Assembly: GCA_041648975.1 (NCBI GenBank)
Contig: JBAZNZ010000008.1
Coordinates: 5,110-69,109 of the forward strand
Origin: Candidatus Omnitrophota bacterium
GTDB taxonomy: Bacteria > Omnitrophota > Gorgyraeia > 2-01-FULL-45-10
Direction of reading: 5' to 3'
DNA: 64,000 bases
Shown here in pieces: positions 1-9,379 of this stretch (positions are counted from its first letter, which is position 1; every line of letters begins with the position of its first letter). The translations under genes were made by a program, and so were the position numbers. The notes below the pieces were generated by a model that saw nothing but the letters and a program-made list of their open reading frames with translations, ran no database searches and was not told the DNA's origin.

Positions 1-515
1 TTCATCAGGCCTCGAGGGTCCTGAGCCGCGCCGTCTTTTTTGATCTCGAAGTGGAGATGTGGTTGTATTGCCTTTCCTGCCGCATTCCCTGTTTTACCTA
101 CGAAGCCGATGATCTCGCCTCTGCGCGCTTTCCTCACTGAATACTCGCTCCAATCGGAAAGATGGCCGTATATTGTCTGGTAACCGTCGGGATGATATAT
201 CATTACATATTTCCCATAACCGGTCGGGACATTTCCGCAAAAGAGCAGGCCGCTTCTTGACGCGTATACAGGGGTGCCCACACCAGCCGATATGTCTATG
301 CCGGAATGAGTCCGGCCGTTGCGCCTTTTAGCGCCGAACTCACCGTCACCCTTAGCGTCATTCCTTATTACTAAATTCTTGCCGGTTGTCTTTATTGGAC
401 AGCTGAAGTTCGGCTCTACTATTTTATATACCAGCACAGAAACGGGCTCATATAATAAAGAAGTTATCAGCGCTGTAACTACCACCGTTATGAAAAAAAA
501 GAGAAGTCGACTCAT
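1..515 (-). CDS. M23 family metallopeptidase, partial: the C-terminus lies beyond the window start
   Basis: Manual minus-strand translation from ATG at 513-515 gives MSRLLFFFITVVV...HSGIDISAGVGTPVYA...GYGKYVMIYHPDGYQTIYGHL...GFVGKTGNAAG...HLHFEI. These are the HxxxD and HxH zinc motifs of the LytM/M23 fold. The supplied ORF track missed it because no stop codon falls inside the window. Confidence 0.75.
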   Translation of the reverse strand, partial: MSRLLFFFITVVVTALITSLLYEPVSVLVYKIVEPNFSCPIKTTGKNLVIRNDAKGDGEFGAKRRNGRTHSGIDISAGVGTPVYASRSGLLFCGNVPTGYGKYVMIYHPDGYQTIYGHLSDWSEYSVRKARRGEIIGFVGKTGNAAGKAIQPHLHFEIKKDGAAQDPRGLM

Positions 516-531
516 TGTGTATATTATTATA

Positions 532-571
532 CTTTATAGTAGAAAAAGCCATATCTTTTTTTTAAAAAATA
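532..571 (-). terminator. Rho-independent terminator hairpin downstream of the 632..1063 gene
   Basis: Perfect inverted repeat aaaaagccatat / atatggcttttt with an A/T loop. The stem arms themselves end in T-runs. Confidence 0.4.
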
Positions 572-631
572 TGGCTTTTTCTTTTGTCCGTCTACTCCCT
601 TATTTAGGCAGTAGGTATATCGCATTTAAAA

Positions 632-1063
632 TTACTGCTTTGCCGCGTCAACCGGCAGAGTAACTACGTCCTTCGCAGCTTCTCCGGTCATCACAGCGGT
701 ATCATTCGCCGTCTCGCCTACCATTAAGGTTGTACCCTTAACAGGCTCGATCGTAACGTCTTTTATCTTGCCCGGATCTTTCGGCATCGCTCCCAACGCT
801 TTAGCTTCGTTAGAGACGATATCCATGCTCTTCCTGCCGGCGTCAACGACGATGTTAGCTCCCCGCTTCGTCGTCTTAGCGACATTTTCGGCGGTCTTCT
901 TAACTACGTTTACAGGATATTTAGCGGCTTTCGCGCTAAAGTCCTTTACGTTCTTTGCCTGGATCGGAGTCCCCGCCGATTTCTCAGCAGCAAAAGATGC
1001 CGATACCATTACAAAACAGGCGGCCATCGCTATACAGGCTATTACAATGATATTCTTTTTCAT
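632..1063 (-). CDS. Secreted hypothetical protein with a signal peptide
   Basis: N-terminus MKKNIIVIACIAMAACFVMVSASFA is followed by a low-complexity Ala/Lys/Val-rich body. No recognisable domain. Confidence 0.5.
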   Translation of the reverse strand: MKKNIIVIACIAMAACFVMVSASFAAEKSAGTPIQAKNVKDFSAKAAKYPVNVVKKTAENVAKTTKRGANIVVDAGRKSMDIVSNEAKALGAMPKDPGKIKDVTIEPVKGTTLMVGETANDTAVMTGEAAKDVVTLPVDAAKQ

Positions 1064-1152
1064 TTTTTCCTCCTTTCGATAGAATTTACTATACTACAAT
1101 TAATTTTAACAATCAATGTAAATAATTTTTTATTGCATCGCGCGGCGGATCT

Positions 1153-1611
1153 TCACGCAAGAAGCTTCATTACGATCCGGTTTACGGTCTTGCCGTCGGA
1201 CTTTCCCTTTGTTTTTTCTATTACTGCCTTCATTACTTTGCCCGTCTCGGATTTTTTAGTTGCGCCCAGCTTGACGATGCAGGCCTTTACTATTTCCAGG
1301 AGCTCATCTTCTGTAAGCTGCTTGGGCAGGTATGACTCCAGTATTTTCAATTCCAATGTTTCTTTATCTGCCAGGTCTTTCCTGTTGCCTTTATGGAATT
1401 GGTCAATGGATTCGCGGCGCTGCTTAACCTGCCGTTGTATTATCTGCAAGATATCGCCTTCCTGCGGTTCTTTTAAATTCTTTTCAAGCTCGAACATCCT
1501 TATGGCCGATATCAGCATCCTGAGGACCGACAACTTTACAGCATTGCCGTCTTTTAACGCTACCTTCATGTCATTTTCTAAACTACGATATAAAGACATA
1601 ATAAATACCAC
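1153..1611 (-). CDS. GatB/YqeY domain protein
   Basis: The pattern DMKVALKDGNAVKLSVLRMLISAI...LTEDELLEIVKACIVKLGATKKSETGKVMKAV is typical of the YqeY family. Confidence 0.7.
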   Translation of the reverse strand: MVFIMSLYRSLENDMKVALKDGNAVKLSVLRMLISAIRMFELEKNLKEPQEGDILQIIQRQVKQRRESIDQFHKGNRKDLADKETLELKILESYLPKQLTEDELLEIVKACIVKLGATKKSETGKVMKAVIEKTKGKSDGKTVNRIVMKLLA

Positions 1612-1672
1612 CCCTTACTTTTATATGTAAAAGTGATTTTTAACGCCAGGTAGGTGATTGAAGCCGCTCTAT

Positions 1673-1876
1673 TTAGGCCATCTTTACGACCTTTGTGGCC
1701 TGGTCTCCCTTAGGCCCTTTCACTATCTCAAACTCGACCTTATCACCTTCTTTTAGGGACTTATATCCTTCACCTTCAATAGCAGTATGATGGACAAAGA
1801 CGTCTTTGCCTTCATCGGCTACGATGAAACCAAAGCCCTTCTTGTCATTGAACCACTTTACTGTGCCTTGCGTCAT
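1673..1876 (-). CDS. cspA: Cold-shock protein, CspA family
   Basis: [33 protein letters not shown] carries both RNP motifs. The start is placed at the internal ATG (1874-1876), not at the longer ORF in the track. Confidence 0.9.
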   Translation of the reverse strand: MTQGTVKWFNDKKGFGFIVADEGKDVFVHHTAIEGEGYKSLKEGDKVEFEIVKGPKGDQATKVVKMA

Positions 1877-2008
1877 TTCTATTTTCACCTCCTCAAGATA
1901 TATTAGACCAAAAAAATGCCACTTGAAGCTTTTTCGTCGGGCTTCGCATGGCATCCATCAATTTCATATTTTTTCTTGTCACTAATACATCACCTAAATA
2001 TTGATATA

Positions 2009-2037
2009 ACTATATCATGTTATTAGGGTTTTGTCAA
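2009..2037 (-). promoter_or_regulatory. Sigma70-type promoter for cspA with a long 5'UTR of about 125 nt
   Basis: On the minus strand the sequence reads TTGACA, a 17-nt spacer, then TATAGT. This is 130 to 160 nt upstream of the cspA start. Long leaders are typical of csp genes. Confidence 0.45.
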
Positions 2038-2050
2038 TATTTATTTATTT

Positions 2051-2554
2051 TTATATGCGTTTTCCTTTAATACGGCTTGAACCGGGCAGTTTTGCCCTTA
2101 GAAAGAATTTCTTTATTGGGGGGAGGTGGTCTATAATTAAAAACCCTGAGAGATGGTCTATCTCATGCTGGACTGCCCTGGCGAGCAGTCCATCGGCACG
2201 CAACTCCACTACCTCATTCTTCTCATTTAAAAAACTGACAGTTACGGACCGTGCCCTTTTAACTTTTACGCATGCATCCGGAACGCTAAGACAGCCCTCT
2301 TCGTCTTCGACAGCGCCTATCCTTTTCACTATTACGGGATTTGCCATCCTGATTATGCCGCTGCCTATATCTACTACCGCAAGCTGCTTATCGATCCCTA
2401 CCTGGAGCGCCGCCAGCCCTATGCCGTTATTGATGTACATCGTTTCGGCCATATCCGCGAAAGCGGCGATCTCGGAATCAGTGACACAGGATATCTTGGC
2501 GGCTTTTTTTCTCAAGATCTTGTCAGGAAACACTCTTATCTTTAATGCGCTCAT
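2051..2554 (-). CDS. def: Peptide deformylase
   Basis: Carries the G(I)GLAA(L)Q(V)G, EGCLSVP and QHEIDHL motifs. Confidence 0.9.
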   Translation of the reverse strand: MSALKIRVFPDKILRKKAAKISCVTDSEIAAFADMAETMYINNGIGLAALQVGIDKQLAVVDIGSGIIRMANPVIVKRIGAVEDEEGCLSVPDACVKVKRARSVTVSFLNEKNEVVELRADGLLARAVQHEIDHLSGFLIIDHLPPIKKFFLRAKLPGSSRIKGKRI

Positions 2555-2557
2555 ATA

Positions 2558-2911
2558 CTATTTCGGCCTATTCTGAGAATCGACCTTTACGACTTTCAGC
2601 TTTACCTTTTTAGCCTCTCTGTTTTCTTCTAATACGTAAGACAATATTATGACCAGGTCTCCCGCCTTGCCCAGGTGAGCCGCGGCTCCATACAACCCTA
2701 TAATACCCGATCCGGCCGCTTCTTCCAGGGCGTAAGTCTCAAAACGCGCCCCATTATTGACGTTTACGACCTGGACTATTTCGCCCGGATATATGTCCGA
2801 TCGCTGAAGAAGGTCTTTGTCTATTCCTATGCTTCCGTCGTAATGAAGATCGACCTTTGTTATCTTTGCCCTGTGTATCTTTGACTTACACATCATCCGT
2901 AACATGCTCAA
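2558..2911 (-). CDS. panD: Aspartate 1-decarboxylase
   Basis: MLRMMCKSKIHRAKITKVDLHYDGSIGID...GARFETYAL. The length (117 aa) and the processing-site region are typical of PanD. Confidence 0.85.
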   Translation of the reverse strand: MSMLRMMCKSKIHRAKITKVDLHYDGSIGIDKDLLQRSDIYPGEIVQVVNVNNGARFETYALEEAAGSGIIGLYGAAAHLGKAGDLVIILSYVLEENREAKKVKLKVVKVDSQNRPK

Positions 2912-2921
2912 CCCTCTTATA

Positions 2922-3272
2922 TTATTCGCCTATTTCCGTAAGGTTTTCTCCGTCAAAATATAGCTTTTTAGTTTTGGAGAGATAGCCGGCATCAACCGGT
3001 ATTGCGCTGTATTGCGCTCTATAGGTCCACACCTCTCTAGGCCCTTGTTTCTTCTCATTGCCTTCTACCGTCCTGACATCGTCCGGCTTGCCCCAAATGG
3101 ATTCTACCTGCGTTTTGGACATTCCCAACCTGATAGATTCTGTCCCGAGGGGGTGTTTAACCATCTCTTCGGGATCCGCGATCTCTAACGTAGAGCAGCC
3201 GTATAGAACGACAGCCGATAATAATATCGATAAAATCATGGATTTCAAACGTCCGGGGCTCCTTATCAGCAT
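2922..3272 (-). CDS. Hypothetical lipoprotein
   Basis: Signal peptide followed by a lipobox (LLSAVVLYGCST). Confidence 0.5.
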   Translation of the reverse strand: MLIRSPGRLKSMILSILLSAVVLYGCSTLEIADPEEMVKHPLGTESIRLGMSKTQVESIWGKPDDVRTVEGNEKKQGPREVWTYRAQYSAIPVDAGYLSKTKKLYFDGENLTEIGE

Positions 3273-3655
3273 CTCTTTTTTTCCTCCGGTAGGCTATATA
3301 TAATATCACACAAAAACTTTAGCATGATGTCCTTCTTCCCTTCCTCGATGTCGATAAATTCAATGCCGACATCTGACGGGGAGTTATCTTCCAGGGAGAG
3401 CTTTTTATTCCATATGATCTTTCCTCTGGCTTTCAGCGAAGTATCCGCATCCGGTATATTTAGCTGCAATTCTATCAGATCCGATCTTTTTAACCCCTTA
3501 TCATGCGTCTCAAACCTTATCCCATCCGCGGAGATGTCTTTGGCTATGATACTGCGGGTTTTCCCGTCCAATCTGCCTGAATATGATATATTCAAAGGGG
3601 CTTTAAGACGTAAGTATTTCCGCTTTTCTATGATCTCACGCGGAGCCTTCCTCAT
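3266..3655 (-). CDS. PilZ domain protein (c-di-GMP binding), copy 1 of 5
   Basis: Has RxxxR (EKRKYLRLK) and DxSxxG (KDISADGIRFE) motifs in PilZ spacing. Single-domain, 129 aa. Confidence 0.75.
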   Translation of the reverse strand: MRKAPREIIEKRKYLRLKAPLNISYSGRLDGKTRSIIAKDISADGIRFETHDKGLKRSDLIELQLNIPDADTSLKARGKIIWNKKLSLEDNSPSDVGIEFIDIEEGKKDIMLKFLCDIIYSLPEEKKRC

Positions 3656-3718
3656 AACTAGCTTCTCCTGTTTGGGATATGACTATATCATATACGCTGA
3701 TTACCGTCAAATAAAAAA

Positions 3719-5431
3719 CTACGATTTTACGGCGGCGTCGGCCTGCTCGGCCTGCTCAGGCATTTTATGAGGTTCGGGAGGCGCTTCCTGGAGGTTGACA
3801 TCAAGCCATGCTTTTATGTTTTTCAGCGGTTCTTTTGATATTTCATAATGCATTCTGTGAACGCCGTCATTAACCAGCTTTCCCAGAAAATGGCCCAGAT
3901 AGCTATAATATGCGGTCGTCGTTGGATTCCCAGCCTGGCCCAGGGCAGCTTCCAGCCGCGAGATCGTATCTTCGGGAACGTCCTCATCGTCTTTACTCTG
4001 CATTATCAAAACAGGGCCATTAATTTTTTTAACGATCTCGATCGGATCCTCCTGCATGCTCTCTTTCATATTCTTTACGAAACACTTCTTGCCGAATATG
4101 TATATCCAATTATGGCGGGCATCGCGCACTCTTTCTCTTCCTTCGCGGATCGACTTGACCACTGTTTTCAAATATTTATCGGTCCACTTCTCTTTTGCGC
4201 CTTTGGTTTTAATCGCTTTCAACATATCGTCTTCCGAGGCAGGTCCCAGTACGGGCGCAATCAGGATCATTGCTCTAGCGTTCTTTTTTCCTGACAGGGC
4301 TTTCATTGCGTAATAAGCCCCTTCCGCATGAGTGATTATGCCTGTGCGTTTTGGATCGACTTCTTTCTGCTCGGCCATGAATCCTAAGGCCGCACTCACA
4401 TCCTCAGACAGGTCGCCGGCCGTCGAAGCCGAAGAACTGCCTTCGCTTAAACCGATACCTCTTTTGTCAAAGTTGAGTACGCAAAAGCCGTTTTTTGCAA
4501 GATAATCTGCGATCCCGGTAAATAGTCCCTGGTATCGACGATCCTGAGGGCCATCGCCGCCTACCAGAAGCAGGGCCGGATGCGCTCCTTCTGCTTTTGG
4601 CGCTGTAAACGTTCCGGATAATTGGATAGTCTTATTCTTAAAAGACACCGCCCGCTGAGTGTATGCGTCGTCTGCCAGGACGTATTCCTCGGCCTTTAAT
4701 GTCTTGGCGGAGAACCTCCGGGTTATCTTCAGCCCTATTTTCGGTATCTCCAGCCTCATAATGCTTTTATCCGATTTCGCAATCCATAAGTTTCCTTGAG
4801 GATAATTTCTTATTTTCAGGATAAGGTTCTCTGTCTTTATCCTGCGCCTGTCTATCTTCAAATACTCATCTTTAATGGAAGTAAGCGTAACAAACCTTTG
4901 CATGGGAGGCAGCGACGGATCGGAGAAGATAGTGATAGTGTTAAATCCTTGCGACCTGCCGCGCCTGAAGTTGTAGTTCTCGATCAGCGGCATATATGTC
5001 ACGGGAGAATCGTCTTCGAAGACAAAGGTCTCTTTTTTTATCGGGATGTTCTCCAGACATGCGAATTTAGAATAAAATGAGGCTACGAACGATAAGGACC
5101 CGTTCACGTTCTCCAGATGGGCGGTTTCAACAGATTTGTTGCCGTAACCTTCCCTGGAGTAGCTTTCTAAATTGTATTGCCTATCCAGTGTAAGTTTGGA
5201 TTTGAACTCGGTAAGCGCGGGGAAAAAGGGTGTCTCCATTACGGATTTATATATAAGTTTGTCATCCGTTAAAAACTTATCTATTCTTATGGTTCCTATA
5301 TCACGCCCCTCAAGATTTACCGCGTAATAGTATATCTTGTGTTTCTCCCTGTCCAGATATATGAAGGATGATATAAAGAGAAGGATGCTCACCATTAGCA
5401 GAACGGATACTATGAAATAAATGGTTTTCAT
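3719..5431 (-). CDS. Membrane-anchored alpha/beta-hydrolase family protein
   Basis: N-terminal TM helix and an N-terminal domain of about 270 aa of unknown function. The C-terminal hydrolase fold begins LLLVGGDGPQDRRYQ. Confidence 0.7.
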   Translation of the reverse strand: MKTIYFIVSVLLMVSILLFISSFIYLDREKHKIYYYAVNLEGRDIGTIRIDKFLTDDKLIYKSVMETPFFPALTEFKSKLTLDRQYNLESYSREGYGNKSVETAHLENVNGSLSFVASFYSKFACLENIPIKKETFVFEDDSPVTYMPLIENYNFRRGRSQGFNTITIFSDPSLPPMQRFVTLTSIKDEYLKIDRRRIKTENLILKIRNYPQGNLWIAKSDKSIMRLEIPKIGLKITRRFSAKTLKAEEYVLADDAYTQRAVSFKNKTIQLSGTFTAPKAEGAHPALLLVGGDGPQDRRYQGLFTGIADYLAKNGFCVLNFDKRGIGLSEGSSSASTAGDLSEDVSAALGFMAEQKEVDPKRTGIITHAEGAYYAMKALSGKKNARAMILIAPVLGPASEDDMLKAIKTKGAKEKWTDKYLKTVVKSIREGRERVRDARHNWIYIFGKKCFVKNMKESMQEDPIEIVKKINGPVLIMQSKDDEDVPEDTISRLEAALGQAGNPTTTAYYSYLGHFLGKLVNDGVHRMHYEISKEPLKNIKAWLDVNLQEAPPEPHKMPEQAEQADAAVKS

Positions 5432-5435
5432 CGTA

Positions 5436-6014
5436 TTAAAACTCTATGGAAAGGATCTCGGAGGCAAGCCTGCCGGCCCACCTGCCTGATCCTTCAGTTG
5501 GTCCGGACTCAGCTTTCAATTCGGAAGCTATTTCGCCCGGACAATTGTTCAATATCTTTTTAAAAGGCATTGTCTCATTCGGCCTGATCGGGATCTCGGA
5601 CCGGCCGTACAAATAAGGCATTGCTGCCTGTGTCAGGTTTGAATCGCCGAGAGACGGTTTATTGGGATGGAAGGTTACCTCGTATATTACGGCGCCGTCT
5701 TCGTCGAGTAGTTTAACTTTTATGAGTAAACCGGTTACAACCCTATTGCCTTTGTTTTTTAAGACTCCTTCGATAATAGGGTTTCCTTTTAGCGGCCCGC
5801 TATTTTCCATCTTGGCGTTCAATTTTGATATATCTATGAACTTTGCGTAAAATCTGGCATTGATCTTCTCGAGCTCGTAAATATAAGATAGCCTGAATTC
5901 CTCGCTCTTGATCTCCTGGTAAACTATGTAGCCTACCAGCGTAAGGACTAGAACGCAAAATATCACAAAGCTGGAGACGAACGCAACTATCAGGCTCTTT
6001 TTCTTTATTATCAT
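5436..6014 (-). CDS. Hypothetical membrane protein
   Basis: Single N-terminal TM helix. No recognisable domain. Confidence 0.45.
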   Translation of the reverse strand: MIIKKKSLIVAFVSSFVIFCVLVLTLVGYIVYQEIKSEEFRLSYIYELEKINARFYAKFIDISKLNAKMENSGPLKGNPIIEGVLKNKGNRVVTGLLIKVKLLDEDGAVIYEVTFHPNKPSLGDSNLTQAAMPYLYGRSEIPIRPNETMPFKKILNNCPGEIASELKAESGPTEGSGRWAGRLASEILSIEF

Positions 6015-6550
6015 GGTTTAATGCCCGCTTTCGAGATCTTCTTCTTATATAGCTCCCGTATAGAGCCAAATATATCTATATAAGGCTTGCTCCGGTAGTC
6101 AGGATAAGTCCATGGCCAGGGGTTGTACCTCCTGTCTTTATAGAACAATGTGATCTCCGCGAAGATGCCTCTGTTGAGATATATCCTGTGTGAATAGTCC
6201 TTTGTGGAAAATAATATAAGTTTGGAAAGGGTCAGGTATCCGGGATCGATATTTACCGTTCTATTACCGTCCACTAAGAACCGTTTTTCCAATTTATTGG
6301 TCTCTATCTTTGCGTCCCATATGTTCTTGAGGCCGACGGGTTTTTCGAAACTCACGAATTTTCTTTTTAAACCCTCCCCCATCTCATCTTTGTAATACTC
6401 TGTATGCGTGAAATCGAGGATCCCGCTTTCAAAGTCTATCCTCCCGTAGGTCCTACCCAGTCTTTTTTCGACTTTGTGGAAGATGGATACGTCTTTTGAG
6501 AGAAGCCCGACTATGAGATTGACTTTGTCTTGGCTGCGCAGAGCGCCCAT
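6011..6550 (-). CDS. Conserved hypothetical protein, possibly DUF4416-like
   Basis: The start is set at the internal ATG (MGALRSQDKVNLIVGLL). The track ORF extends 150 nt upstream in a different frame across the adjacent PilZ gene, which is taken as an artefact. The start lies 3 nt after the PilZ stop. The DUF4416 assignment is from memory only. Confidence 0.4.
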   Translation of the reverse strand: MGALRSQDKVNLIVGLLSKDVSIFHKVEKRLGRTYGRIDFESGILDFTHTEYYKDEMGEGLKRKFVSFEKPVGLKNIWDAKIETNKLEKRFLVDGNRTVNIDPGYLTLSKLILFSTKDYSHRIYLNRGIFAEITLFYKDRRYNPWPWTYPDYRSKPYIDIFGSIRELYKKKISKAGIKP

Positions 6551-6552
6551 AT

Positions 6553-7050
6553 TCAGGCCGGGGTCTCGCCTGGATTGAAGACTATGGAACGGATATAATC
6601 TCTGAAGTTGCTGCCGGGAGCCTCTTTCACTATACGAAATCTGATCCCCGCGTGGAACAACCTCTTCCCGGTCGGGTCTTTCTCCGGGGACTCTTCGGAC
6701 CATACGACTATTCCTTCTACCACAGGCGCATCTTGTTGATGCGGCATAATTATCCTGATATTTAACTTAGTTTCTTTGAAAAGTTTTTTGTCGAGCTGGA
6801 GCTTTATGCCGCCTTCGGATATATCGACGGTCGTGCCATTCGCGTTCGACCCCGGCTCTTTTATTATAGTATACACAACCTCGAGGTTCTTCTTGAACCG
6901 TACGTGCTTTCGTCTTTCGTCTCCGTCCCAGTATTCCTTTACGACTGCGTGGGGAAGACGGTTCTTTATTGTGATGATGTCGCTTCTGTATAACATATAA
7001 AATATAGCTGCCAGCAATATTATGAACATTAATTCAATGGCTAAGATCAT
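6553..7050 (-). CDS. PilZ domain protein with an N-terminal TM helix, copy 2 of 5
   Basis: TM helix MILAIELMFIILLAAIFYML, then RxxxR (ERRKHVRFKK) and DISEGG. Confidence 0.7.
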   Translation of the reverse strand: MILAIELMFIILLAAIFYMLYRSDIITIKNRLPHAVVKEYWDGDERRKHVRFKKNLEVVYTIIKEPGSNANGTTVDISEGGIKLQLDKKLFKETKLNIRIIMPHQQDAPVVEGIVVWSEESPEKDPTGKRLFHAGIRFRIVKEAPGSNFRDYIRSIVFNPGETPA

Positions 7051-7076
7051 CTGTGGTTTCCTTTACGCTTTTAAAG

Positions 7077-7439
7077 CTACCCCTTTTTTGCTATATAGTT
7101 CGAGATGGCTTCCCTGTTCTTCTGAGAGAGGTTTTCGAAAAAAATAGCGACATCATGGTGTTTGGTAACTCCATCGATTATAACCGGGTGGCCCCTTACT
7201 ACTACACCCTCCACCTCAATTACGCTCTTAACGTCCTTGTCGTTTTTGGACGGATCGGGGAGCATCAGCATAAGTTTGACCCTTGACATAATCGGTACCT
7301 CCCTGTCGACTTTGCAGTATATGCCGGACGCGCTTATGTTAAGCGTATGCGTCATGGTGTCGTAATCACCAAGATTTAATTTTAACGTGAGGGCATCGTC
7401 GTTGATGCGGGGAAAGGATCTCCTGTCTTCTTTTGTCAT
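7077..7439 (-). CDS. PilZ domain protein, copy 3 of 5
   Basis: RRSFPRIND followed by NISASGIY. Confidence 0.7.
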   Translation of the reverse strand: MTKEDRRSFPRINDDALTLKLNLGDYDTMTHTLNISASGIYCKVDREVPIMSRVKLMLMLPDPSKNDKDVKSVIEVEGVVVRGHPVIIDGVTKHHDVAIFFENLSQKNREAISNYIAKKG

Positions 7440-7466
7440 CTATATATAACTCCTTATTTAGTGTTC

Positions 7467-7817
7467 CTATCCGGGCGGCCAGACAAACTTTCTGCCGCCC
7501 AACAGATGCAGGTGTATATGAAAGACATCCTGGCCTGCGTCCTTATTGCAATTCAATACAATCCTGTATCCGGATTCATGGATATTTTTTTCTTTAGCGA
7601 TATTCTTTGCCGTAAGGACCAGCCTGCCTATCAGGTGTATGTTGTCATCGTCAAGATCGGATACCTTGTCTATGTGGTATTTAGGTATCACAAGTATGTG
7701 GACCGGAGCCTGAGGCTTTATATCCTCGAACGCAATCACCATATTGTCTTCAAATACTATTTTTGCCGGTACCTCTTTATTAGCTATTTTGCAGAATAAA
7801 CATGAGCCAGGTGCCAT
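7467..7817 (-). CDS. HIT family (histidine triad) nucleotide hydrolase
   Basis: Has the HIHLHLLGG histidine-triad motif. The start is set at MAPGSCLFCKI. Confidence 0.85.
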   Translation of the reverse strand: MAPGSCLFCKIANKEVPAKIVFEDNMVIAFEDIKPQAPVHILVIPKYHIDKVSDLDDDNIHLIGRLVLTAKNIAKEKNIHESGYRIVLNCNKDAGQDVFHIHLHLLGGRKFVWPPG

Positions 7818-7818
7818 A

Positions 7819-8892
7819 TCATAACCTCTCAAGCGTATAGCTTAAGCTTCCTAATCCGCTTTCCTCAGCATATCTCAGCTGGCTCATCCAATCGGTTCCA
7901 GGAAAGGCCCGCCTTAAGATATCTTTGCCGGTTCGTTGATTAATAAGGTCTACACACGCCTTATCGATGCTTACCGGATCGGTCGACGCCACTATCCCGA
8001 GATCGTCAATCACCCTGTCTTCGTCTTTAGCAAGGCAGTCGCAGTCTTTGGTAACGTTGATAAGAAAAGATATGTATCCGACTTTTCCGCTGACGGCCTT
8101 GACTACACCATGCGCATATTCTACCATCTTTTCCTGCAGATTTTCAAGGGTTTCGCTCCATTTTATGTCGATAGCTTTCGTGCGGCACACAACTGCGCAT
8201 TCCCCGCAGCCCTTGCAGGACGCTTCCGATATTCTGACTTTCCTTTTTTCCAGCGTTATGCACGACGCCGGACAATACTTTACGCATTGCCCGCACCCTA
8301 TGCAAAGATCCGGCTTGATTTCAGGAACGACCCCGCAATGCTGCTCATATTTACCCCGTCTCGATGCGCATCCCATGCCCAGGTTCTTTATGGCTCCTCC
8401 AAGACAGGTCAACATATGTCCGGTAACGTGCGTCAGCGCAAGCAGACTATCGCAGTCAGCAATGTCGGAGGCTATCTTCACTTTATCGAAATGTTTTTTA
8501 GAAACGGCTATCTCTGTGAAATTTTTTCCTAATAGACCGTCGGCTATCAATACCGGAACGCCTACATTGTTGATATTATATCCATGCTTATCAGCGAGCT
8601 TTAGATGGTCTACTGAATTTGTCCGCAAGCCGCCTTTGTATATAACATTCGCATCGGTAAGGAAGACGTTCTTGGTCCTATCCTTTACAGCCCGCACCGC
8701 CTCTCTTACCCATTGATGCCTTATATGACCCTTATTGCCTTCTTCACCGAAGTGCAGTTTTATGCCTGTGAAATCGTCCTTGCCGATCATGCCCAGCACT
8801 CCGCTTGCGTCAATAAGAGATGCCAGTTTCTCTGAGACCGACTCTATTGTATCGTCATTACCGGCGCTTATGTAATAGACCTTACTTGGCAT
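7819..8892 (-). CDS. DUF362 family protein with an inserted 2x[4Fe-4S] ferredoxin domain
   Basis: Two CxxCxxCxxxCP clusters (CIGCGQCVKYCP and CKGCGECAVVC) sit inside a DUF362-type scaffold. Confidence 0.7.
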   Translation of the reverse strand: MPSKVYYISAGNDDTIESVSEKLASLIDASGVLGMIGKDDFTGIKLHFGEEGNKGHIRHQWVREAVRAVKDRTKNVFLTDANVIYKGGLRTNSVDHLKLADKHGYNINNVGVPVLIADGLLGKNFTEIAVSKKHFDKVKIASDIADCDSLLALTHVTGHMLTCLGGAIKNLGMGCASRRGKYEQHCGVVPEIKPDLCIGCGQCVKYCPASCITLEKRKVRISEASCKGCGECAVVCRTKAIDIKWSETLENLQEKMVEYAHGVVKAVSGKVGYISFLINVTKDCDCLAKDEDRVIDDLGIVASTDPVSIDKACVDLINQRTGKDILRRAFPGTDWMSQLRYAEESGLGSLSYTLERL

Positions 8893-9379
8893 AGATCGCC
8901 GCCTTTTCGGTAAGCACAGTGAAGCCTTTCTTCAATAGAAGGGCGGCAAAGACGCCGTTACCTTTCTTTAAAACACGCCTGAAAGTCCCGTCGTAAATAC
9001 GGCCGTATCCGCAAGAAGGGCTGTTCGACTTAAGTATCGCTTTTTTTATCCCGTGACGATCAGCGAGGGCAAGCGCTGTTCTCGCCCCTTTCAGGTAATA
9101 GCCGGAGACGTCTTCACCGGAAACAGCGGCTACTTTCGCTTTTTTCATCAGAACTTCCTCACCGCCTTTGCTCATTATTTCAGCATTCTCGCGCGGTGTA
9201 GGCAGCCCTCCCAGGACCTCCGGGCATACGGGAATAGCCCGCCCATTTTCCACCAGCGCCTTTATCGATCTTCTAAGTTTGCCCTCTCCCTTGTATGTGC
9301 AATTTATCCCGGCAAGGCACGCGCTTACTATGAATTTGTAACGGACGTCTTTCTTAATAACATGTTTGCGTGCGGTCAT
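8882..9379 (-). CDS. DUF523 family protein (2-thiouracil desulfurase-like)
   Basis: The SACLAGINCTYKG motif is characteristic of DUF523. Confidence 0.65.
   Translation of the reverse strand: MTARKHVIKKDVRYKFIVSACLAGINCTYKGEGKLRRSIKALVENGRAIPVCPEVLGGLPTPRENAEIMSKGGEEVLMKKAKVAAVSGEDVSGYYLKGARTALALADRHGIKKAILKSNSPSCGYGRIYDGTFRRVLKKGNGVFAALLLKKGFTVLTEKAAIYAK

Noticed and set aside
319-663. 114-aa plus-strand ORF.
   Set aside because: It lies antisense to the well-supported M23 peptidase gene (1..515, minus strand). It has no motifs and is low-complexity. It is an ORF-finder artefact.
6551-6703. 150-nt N-terminal extension of the 6011..6703 ORF, overlapping the PilZ-2 gene in another frame.
   Set aside because: The internal ATG at 6548-6550 sits 3 nt after the PilZ stop and gives a sensible protein. 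The extension is unconserved-looking Arg/Gln-rich sequence.
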